A stretch of DNA of 62,809 bases, counting the filler. It is 6 parts of 6 records of this genome, joined end to end, with 100 filler letters (N's around TTAATTAATTAA, not from the genome) between each part and the next. Parts side by side here need not be neighbours in the genome. Positions count along the whole stretch, not along the records: positions 51,751 to 62,809 come from SRR9188677_221; 5 more parts are not named here. One strand, 5' to 3'. Below the pieces are notes generated by a model, which was not told the origin of the DNA, did not search any database, and saw only the letters and a list, made by a program, of their open reading frames with translations. Below are positions 56,559 to 62,809 of the stretch, in pieces; the stretch's first letter is position 1, and every line of letters starts with the position of its first letter. The position numbers and the translations under genes are program-made.

Positions 56559-57725
56559 ATGGATATCTCCGCCACATCGACCGCGCCGCCCCACGGCCGC
56601 AATGATCCGATCGACATGCTGCGCGGCCTGTCGATCACCCTGGTCGTGCTATTCCATATCCAGCTGCGCATGCCGTTCGAGACGACGTTCGTCGGCCGCG
56701 TTCTGCCGGGCGCGATCTTCAACCCGATCTTCCGCAGCGGCTATTACGCGGTGATCGTGTTTTTCGTGATCTCCGGTTTCCTGATCACGACCTCTTCGCT
56801 CCGGCGCTGGGGCGGACTCGGCGGGCTGAGGCCTGGCCCCTTCTACCTCCAGCGTTTCGCCCGCATCGCACCAAGCCTCGCGGTGCTGATGATCCTGCTC
56901 GCGGCACTGCATTGGGCCGGCGTCGAGGGCTTCGTCGTCACCACGACCTCGCTCGGCCGCGCGGTTCTCGCGGCCGCGACCTTTCATCTCAACTGGCTCG
57001 AAGCCGATACAGGCTATTTGCCGGGCGCGTGGGATGTCCTGTGGTCGCTTTCGGTGGAGGAGGTGTTCTATCTCGCCTTTCCGCCGATCGTCCTGCTGGC
57101 ACGCGGCAGCCGCGGCTTCGTCGCGGCCATGCTGGTCTTCGTCGCTCTCGGCCCCTTCGCGCGCGCCTGTTTCACCGACAACGACATCTGGGCCGACAAG
57201 TCCTACCTTGCCGGTGCCGACGCGATCGCGCTCGGCTGTCTTGCCGGCCTCGCCGCCGGCACGACCAGGATCAGCCGGGCCATGGCACGGACTTGCCTCA
57301 CCTGCGGGCTGGCGTTGTTCCTGTTCGTTTTCATCGGCCGGCGCCAGACCGCGGCGCTCGGGCTGACGGCGCTTGGATTGAATGTCACCGTGCTGGCCGG
57401 CGGCGTGGCGCTGATGCTGGTCGGATTGCGCGATCGAACGTTCCCACCCGGTTCTTTCGCTGTGTGGTCGAGCGCGCCGATCCGCTGGTTCGGCCGCAAC
57501 AGCTACGAGGTCTATCTCAGCCACATGGTGGTGATCACCTTGCTGGCGCCATTGTTCGCCGGCGCGGTCCGGAGCGGGACCGCGCCATTCTGGGCTGTTG
57601 GCCTCGTCCTGTTGTCGGGGCTCGCCGGCCACGGCCTTGCCCGCGGCTATTCCGAGCCGCTGAACCGGGCGATCCGGCGTCGCCTCGCAGGGCCGGCGCG
57701 GACGGGATCCGAGACCTCGCTGTGA
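56559..57725 (+). CDS. Acyltransferase-3 (OafA-like) membrane protein
   Basis: DMLRG..V.LFH, FFVISGFLIT, RFARI.P, LWSLSVEE.FY and SYEVYLSH motifs. Confidence 0.9.
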   Translation: MDISATSTAPPHGRNDPIDMLRGLSITLVVLFHIQLRMPFETTFVGRVLPGAIFNPIFRSGYYAVIVFFVISGFLITTSSLRRWGGLGGLRPGPFYLQRFARIAPSLAVLMILLAALHWAGVEGFVVTTTSLGRAVLAAATFHLNWLEADTGYLPGAWDVLWSLSVEEVFYLAFPPIVLLARGSRGFVAAMLVFVALGPFARACFTDNDIWADKSYLAGADAIALGCLAGLAAGTTRISRAMARTCLTCGLALFLFVFIGRRQTAALGLTALGLNVTVLAGGVALMLVGLRDRTFPPGSFAVWSSAPIRWFGRNSYEVYLSHMVVITLLAPLFAGAVRSGTAPFWAVGLVLLSGLAGHGLARGYSEPLNRAIRRRLAGPARTGSETSL

Positions 57726-57728
57726 GGG

Positions 57729-58373
57729 TCACGTGCGCACGGCCTGCACGGGTTCCGGCTCGGCGACCGCCATGGTGAAGCGAACCGCGTCCGGTCCGGC
57801 GCAGCCATAGGCATGGGGGCGATCGGTGCAGGCGAAAGCCGAGCCGCCGGCCTCGATCCGGTAGGTCGTGCCGTCGACCTCGAGCGCCAATAGTCCCTGT
57901 GTGACATGGATCAATTCGCGGGTGCCGGCCGGGTGCGGCTGCGCCTCGTAGCGCTCGCCCGGCCGCAGCTCCCAGTGCCAGAGCTCCAGCATGTCCGAGC
58001 CGTCGGATCCGACCAGCAGCGATGCGGTGCCGCCTTTCGCCCCGCGCCAGAGCCTGGCGGCCTCGCCAGGGCCCACCAGGCGAACCGGGGCCCGGCTCTC
58101 CTCGCCCGGTGCGACCAGTTCGGCGACCGAGACATGCAAGCCCGCAGCCACCCGGCAGAGCGTCGCGATGCTGGGATTGGCGCGGCCCTGCTCGATCTGC
58201 ACGAGCATGCCTTTGCTGACGCCGCAGCGCGCGGCGAACTCGTCGAATGACAGGTTCCGGCGCTTTCTGAGCGATGCGACCCGGCGTGCGATCAGGCCGT
58301 TCAGGATGTCGGGCTCATCGGGCGTCGCGCCGGCGGATATCGTCTCGGTCATTATATTGACTGTTTCGGTCAT
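57729..58373 (-). CDS. XRE-family regulator with cupin domain (alternative start 58352)
   Basis: GVSKGMLVQIEQGRANPSIATL HTH and HPAGTRE..DRPHAY cupin motifs. Confidence 0.88.
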   Translation of the reverse strand: MTETVNIMTETISAGATPDEPDILNGLIARRVASLRKRRNLSFDEFAARCGVSKGMLVQIEQGRANPSIATLCRVAAGLHVSVAELVAPGEESRAPVRLVGPGEAARLWRGAKGGTASLLVGSDGSDMLELWHWELRPGERYEAQPHPAGTRELIHVTQGLLALEVDGTTYRIEAGGSAFACTDRPHAYGCAGPDAVRFTMAVAEPEPVQAVRT

Positions 58374-58426
58374 TGATGTTGATGTGCGCCTTCGCGTTCC
58401 CGCTGTCAATCGAAAGCCACCACATC

Positions 58427-59131
58427 ATGCCGCCATTCGTGCCCGAGATCTCGTCGGCGATCTTCACGCTCCGGCCGGATTTCCGCGCCCTCAGCATCGT
58501 CGCGCGCGGCATGCGCAACGGCCCGACCGACGAGGCGACGGACGAGCGGATGCGGGAGGCCTGTGCCGATCTCGGCTGGGCGAGCTGGGGTGCCGCGCAT
58601 CTCGAAGCCTGGCGCGAGGCCTATCGTGGTTTTGGCGCCAAGCCGCAGCGGACGCCCTGTTCGGCGGAGGCGCTGCGCAAGCGGGTCGAACGCGACGGCG
58701 GGCTCGCGCCGATCAGCGCGGTCGTCGATCTCTACAATGCCTTGAGCCTTCGTTATGCGCTGCCGGTGGGCGGCGAGAATATCGCGGCTTATGCGGGGCC
58801 GCCGCGGCTCGTCCGGGCCGCCGGCGGCGAGCCGTTCGAGACCCTGCGCGACGGCGCGGCTCATCTCGAAGGCGTCGATGCCGGCGAGGTGGTGTGGCGC
58901 GACGAACGCGGCGTCACCTGCCGGCGTTGGAACTGGCGGCAAGGCGCACGGACCCGCATCGAGGCCGATACGGTCGACATGTGGTTCGTGCTGGAACGGC
59001 TCGATCCCATGCCGCTCGCGGCCCTTGAAGAAGCCGGCAATGCGCTGGTGCGTGGCCTCCGGCGGATAACGCCGGAGGCGCGGGTGACGCAGGATCTTAT
59101 CGCGCCGTCGCCCGCGGCAGTGGCGTCATGA
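58427..59131 (+). CDS. Stand-alone B3/4 (PheRS editing-like) domain protein
   Basis: AWREAY..FG.KP.RTPCSAEAL.KR, VVDLYN.LS..Y.LPVGGE and GEVVWRD..GVTCRRWNWRQ motifs. Confidence 0.87.
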   Translation: MPPFVPEISSAIFTLRPDFRALSIVARGMRNGPTDEATDERMREACADLGWASWGAAHLEAWREAYRGFGAKPQRTPCSAEALRKRVERDGGLAPISAVVDLYNALSLRYALPVGGENIAAYAGPPRLVRAAGGEPFETLRDGAAHLEGVDAGEVVWRDERGVTCRRWNWRQGARTRIEADTVDMWFVLERLDPMPLAALEEAGNALVRGLRRITPEARVTQDLIAPSPAAVAS

Positions 59132-60583
59132 TCCCTCGCGCGACGGCCGGCGGCGCAGCCCGACGCGGATCGTTCGTCCGAACATCGTGCCTAGAAGGCA
59201 GAATGCCAGCATGATGGCACCGATCTCATAGGTCAGGCTCCAGGCGAAGGCATGGGCCGGGTCGGGCAGCGAGGGCACGCCGAAAGAGGTGATGCCGACA
59301 ACCGCAACGCCGAAGGCACCCCCCACCTGCTGGCAGGTCGCGACCACGCCGGAGGCCGACCCCGCCTGCTCTCGGGAGACGCCCGCCAGCACCGCATTGA
59401 GCAATGGCGGCAGAAACAGGCCCTGTCCGACCCCGACGATCAGGAATGCCGGGGTAAACGTCCAGCCATCGACCGCGGCGTGCATCATGGCGACGGCTGC
59501 GGTCGCGCCGTAACCGACAATCACCAGAATTGCCCCGAGGCGCATCGCGGCGAAGGATCGGTTTTCGGCAAGGAACCGGCCCGCGAGCAGCGATGTGACG
59601 AGAAAGGCCGCGGGGATCGGCGCGGTGGCAAGGGCTGCTTGCCAAGGCGAATAGCCAAGGCCGTTCTGGAGAAAGACCGCCAGGGCGAACAGAAAGGCGA
59701 CAATGGTCGAATGGAGCAGGAAGGCGATCGCGGCGCCGCTCGCGAAGGCCGGCGTTTCGAACAGGCTCGGGTCGATCAGCGTCGCGGCGCGACGATGCGC
59801 CTTGCCGCGCTGGTCGCGGGCAAACAAGACCAGCGCCGCGACGCCCGCCATCATCGAGACAATCGTCCAGGCCGGCCAGCCGGCGTAGCGCCCCACGATC
59901 AGCGGATAGAGCAGCAATCCGAGGCCCAAGGCGCAGAAGAGCGCGCCGCCGATATCCAGGCGCAAAGCATGCTCTGCACGGGTCTCGGGCAGAAATCGGA
60001 CGGCGCCCAGGCAGGCGGCGAGACCGATCGGCACATTGATCAGGAAGACCGAGCGCCAGCCGAGCCCCAGGGGATCGGCCGCCATCAAGGCGCCGCCGAT
60101 CAGCGGGCCGGCAATGCCGGAAAGGCCCAGGGCGACGCCAAACGCGGCGAAGGCGCGCCTACGGCTGCCTCCGTCGCCGCTCGCGACCCGGATCACCGCG
60201 AGGATCTGCGGAAACAGGATCGCCGCGGCAAGGCCTTCGCCGATCCGCGCGACGATCAGCATGGCTGCCGAAGTTGCCAGGCCGCAAGCCAGGGCCGAGG
60301 TGGTGAAGCCGGCGAGGCCCAGGACGAACATGCGCCGGCGCCCATGGAGGTCGCCGAGGCGGCCGCCCGAGATCAGCATGAGCCCGTAGGCCAGGCCATA
60401 GAAGGCGACGATGGCGGAAAGATCGGCCGGCGTGGCGGCGAATTCGCGCTGGATGCTCGGCAGCGCAATGTTGACGATGAAAGTGTTCATCACGGCGAGA
60501 AAAACGCCGCTGAGGAGAACCGCCAGTCCGGCCGAGGTGAGCCGGGCTTCGGTGGGAGAAGGGGATGTTCCGATCGCTGACAT
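59126..60583 (-). CDS. MFS efflux transporter (DHA2-like)
   Basis: IVNIALPSI, GGRLGDLHGRRR and GWRSVFLINVPIG motifs. Confidence 0.9.
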   Translation of the reverse strand: MSAIGTSPSPTEARLTSAGLAVLLSGVFLAVMNTFIVNIALPSIQREFAATPADLSAIVAFYGLAYGLMLISGGRLGDLHGRRRMFVLGLAGFTTSALACGLATSAAMLIVARIGEGLAAAILFPQILAVIRVASGDGGSRRRAFAAFGVALGLSGIAGPLIGGALMAADPLGLGWRSVFLINVPIGLAACLGAVRFLPETRAEHALRLDIGGALFCALGLGLLLYPLIVGRYAGWPAWTIVSMMAGVAALVLFARDQRGKAHRRAATLIDPSLFETPAFASGAAIAFLLHSTIVAFLFALAVFLQNGLGYSPWQAALATAPIPAAFLVTSLLAGRFLAENRSFAAMRLGAILVIVGYGATAAVAMMHAAVDGWTFTPAFLIVGVGQGLFLPPLLNAVLAGVSREQAGSASGVVATCQQVGGAFGVAVVGITSFGVPSLPDPAHAFAWSLTYEIGAIMLAFCLLGTMFGRTIRVGLRRRPSREGS

Positions 60584-60692
60584 GAGGCAAAGCTCCGGCG
60601 ATCCCTGTTGATCGCCGCGCACCACATCAAACGCCATGTTATCATTGGACCAGAGAGCAAGTTATCCAGGTATTGGGAGTGTCAGGCTCAGC

Positions 60693-61568
60693 ATGACGAA
60701 CCGCCGCCGGGGCCCGGAGCGTGAACAGCTGGCCGCCTTTCTGAAGAGCCGGCGTGCACGTCTGTCGCCGGCCGATGTCGGCTTGCCGATGACGCCCAGA
60801 CGACGGACTCCCGGGCTGAGGCGGGAGGAGGTCTCGCAGCTGGCCGGTATCGGCATCGCCTGGTACACGTGGCTGGAGCAGGGGCGTGAGATCGAGGTCT
60901 CCACGCATTTCCTCGACCGGATCGCGCGGGCGCTGCGGCTTGATTCAACCGAGCGGGCGCATCTCTTCACCCTGGCGCAGAACCGGCCGCCGCCCATCCT
61001 GCCGGCAGAAGCCTTTGGCGTCACGCCCACCTTGCGGCGCATGCTCGAAGCAGTCGCCGGGCCGGCCTATCTGGCAACGGCCTCCATGCAGGTGATCGCC
61101 TGGAACGCCGCGCTCTCCGCGGTTTTCGGCGATCTGGAGGCGATCCCGAGCGAGGATCGGAACATGCTGTGGCTGGTGTTTGCCAGCCCACCGCATCGCG
61201 CCGCGATACCGGACTGGGAAACCGATGCCCGTGCGATGCTGGCGCGCTTCCGGATCGAGTTCGGGCGGCATCGCGACGATCCGGCCTTTCTCTCCCTGAT
61301 CGCGCGCCTGCAGCGGGTCAGCCACGAATTTCATCTTTGGTGGCCGGAGCAGGACGTCAGTATGCGGGCCAACACGGCGAAGCGGTTCGAGGTCGCCGGC
61401 ATTGGCCGGCTGGAGCTCGAGCAAAGCTCCTTCCTGGTCGAGGAGGCGCCCGATATCAGGCTCGTGGCCTATACGCCGATCGATGACCGGAGTGCGGATA
61501 AGGTGGCCGCCATGCTCCGCGATTGGACGGAGAAAACGCGCCAGCGTGCCGCACCGAATACTCCGTGA
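60693..61568 (+). CDS. MmyB-like XRE regulator with ligand-binding domain
   Basis: FLKSRRARLSP.DVGLP..RRRTPGLRREEV.QLAG..WY.WLEQGR and RNMLW motifs; divergent from the MFS gene. Confidence 0.9.
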   Translation: MTNRRRGPEREQLAAFLKSRRARLSPADVGLPMTPRRRTPGLRREEVSQLAGIGIAWYTWLEQGREIEVSTHFLDRIARALRLDSTERAHLFTLAQNRPPPILPAEAFGVTPTLRRMLEAVAGPAYLATASMQVIAWNAALSAVFGDLEAIPSEDRNMLWLVFASPPHRAAIPDWETDARAMLARFRIEFGRHRDDPAFLSLIARLQRVSHEFHLWWPEQDVSMRANTAKRFEVAGIGRLELEQSSFLVEEAPDIRLVAYTPIDDRSADKVAAMLRDWTEKTRQRAAPNTP

Positions 61569-61577
61569 GGGTGCCAT

Positions 61578-61665
61578 AAAAAACCCCGCTCCGTTGGGGG
61601 CGGAGCGGGGGCAGATCGGGAGGAAGAAACCGCGATTCGCGGCCGTTGGGCACACAAGACCTAAC
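61578..61665 (-). ncRNA. Candidate suhB/alpha-r8 (MmgR/GsrN-like) small RNA
   Basis: Minus strand: short CCGCG-AAT-CGCGG hairpin, then TTTCTTCCTCCC anti-SD-like motif, then terminator CCCCGCTCCG..CGGAGCGGGG-TTTTTT. The 5' end is approximate. Confidence 0.55.
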
Positions 61666-61781
61666 AGGGCGAAGCTGAGAATAAGCTGACATAAGACAGG
61701 GCTTAATGCCAGTGGTCCGATGTTTTTTTGTGCATCTTGTGGAAAGCTCAGGGATCATGCGGCCGTTTCGGTCCGGCCCGG

Positions 61782-62579
61782 TCACATGCCCCGCAACGCC
61801 GCCATGACCCGGCCGATGGCATCCTGGCGCGCGGCCGGGTTCGTGCCGATGGTTACCTGGCCGTCCGGCCGTTGCGAATAGGCGGCGCGGCGGGTCCTGA
61901 GCGGCAGGTCCGGATGATCGAAATCGTGATAGGCGCCGGGATAGCCGACAAAGGCCGCGCCGGCGGACCGGGCGATCGCGGCGCAGGGTTCGGCCGGCGT
62001 CCAGTCGTCCGCCTCGCCATGCAGAATGGTCACCGGCTGGCGCGGCGACCAGCCGGAGCGAAGGAAGCCGCGGCAGCCCGGATAGAAGATGACCGCCAGG
62101 CGATAGTCGACGCCGGCAGGCGGTGTCGTGCCGGTGGCGTAGAGCGCCGTGGTGCCGCCATTGGACCAGCCGATCAGCGCGATGCGGCGCTTGTCGACAA
62201 AGGGCTGGCGGGCCAGCCATTCTGCCGCGCCCGCGGCATCGAGAGCCCGGCCGCGCGGGCGGACCGCGCGATCGCGCGTGGCGCAGGTCGCGGTCAGGCC
62301 GCGCGGCCCGTAGGAATCGGGGAACAGCACGACGAAGCCGGCGGCGGTCAGCCGCGCGGCCCAGTCGGCGGAGCGGGCATCGAGTTCGCCACGGCGCCAC
62401 ATGCCGGCGCAGCCATGAAGTCCGATGACCGCCGGAAACGGGCCAGCTCCCGAGGGGCGGAACAGGATGCCGGCAATGTCGGTCTGGTCCTGGGACCGGA
62501 AAGCGACCCGTTCCTCGGCCCGCAGGCTCATAGGTGACAGCAGCAGGAAAAACAGCACGACGCGCAGCGGCCAGGGCAT
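61782..62579 (-). CDS. Dienelactone hydrolase family protein (secreted)
   Basis: Signal peptide, LHGCAG, GWSNGG, YPGC, GEADDW and GAYHDFD motifs. Confidence 0.88.
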   Translation of the reverse strand: MPWPLRVVLFFLLLSPMSLRAEERVAFRSQDQTDIAGILFRPSGAGPFPAVIGLHGCAGMWRRGELDARSADWAARLTAAGFVVLFPDSYGPRGLTATCATRDRAVRPRGRALDAAGAAEWLARQPFVDKRRIALIGWSNGGTTALYATGTTPPAGVDYRLAVIFYPGCRGFLRSGWSPRQPVTILHGEADDWTPAEPCAAIARSAGAAFVGYPGAYHDFDHPDLPLRTRRAAYSQRPDGQVTIGTNPAARQDAIGRVMAALRGM

Positions 62580-62653
62580 GGGAACCACCCTCCGGGGCGC
62601 AGAGCGAGCAGCCGTCCTGGCCGGGGCGGGGGAGGCGCCTTCTCCCGCCGCCG

Positions 62654-62809
62654 CTATTTGGTTCCGAACATCCGGTCGCCGGCGTCGCCGAGCCCCGGCA
62701 CGATATAGCCGTGATCGTTCAGGTGGCTGTCGATCGAGGCGGTCCAGATCGGCACTTCCGGGTGATGGCCATGGAAATTGGCGATGCCCTCGGGCGCCGC
62801 GAGCAGGCA
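62654..62809 (-). CDS. upp: Uracil phosphoribosyltransferase, 3' fragment
   Basis: Manual translation [27 protein letters not shown]. Confidence 0.95.
   Translation of the reverse strand, partial: CLLAAPEGIANFHGHHPEVPIWTASIDSHLNDHGYIVPGLGDAGDRMFGTK

Overview
This window is not one locus. It is six contig fragments joined by artificial 100-nt spacers (N runs around TTAATTAATTAA at 28371-28470, 33192-33291, 40070-40169, 43606-43705 and 51651-51750), so synteny across spacers means nothing. (1) 1-28370: high-GC actinobacterial (Microbacterium-like) chromosome with aspS, the cytochrome c biogenesis system II genes resA-ccdA-resB-ccsB preceded by an inserted MerR/oxidoreductase pair, a TetR-MMPL-YhgE/Pip module, menC/menB/menE, a PadR-HAAS pair and a two-component system plus ABC ATPase. 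Many of these genes look leaderless. (2) 28471-33191: probably alphaproteobacterial, with TRAP DctM, a sugar isomerase, two tandem cytochromes c behind an FNR/FixK box, an M48 peptidase, a channel-like protein and the ettA 3' end. (3) 33292-40069: Rhizobiales-like, with a tRNA-Asp 3' end, an M23 peptidase, an unannotated 25-aa membrane peptide, bcp, an AsmA/DUF3971 gene and the tyrS 3' part. (4) 40170-43605: plasmid/ICE backbone (strawberry-notch helicase, toprim, DUF2493) with a ~220-nt nested hairpin. (5) 43706-51650: kynureninase-centred catabolic cluster with an amidohydrolase, an alpha/beta-fold formamidase-like enzyme, a DapA-like enzyme, and GntR and PsrA-like TetR regulators. (6) 51751-62809: accessory detox-type genes, including a direct-repeat-flanked GIY-YIG/DUF2239/hydrolase module, GNATs, a stand-alone B3/4 editing protein, an MFS/MmyB-type pair, a suhB-like sRNA candidate and the upp 3' end. 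The best leads are the DUF2239-GIY-YIG module with its palindromic operators, the hairpin before DUF2493, and the non-canonical kynureninase cluster. All family calls come from motif recognition by eye; no database search was run.
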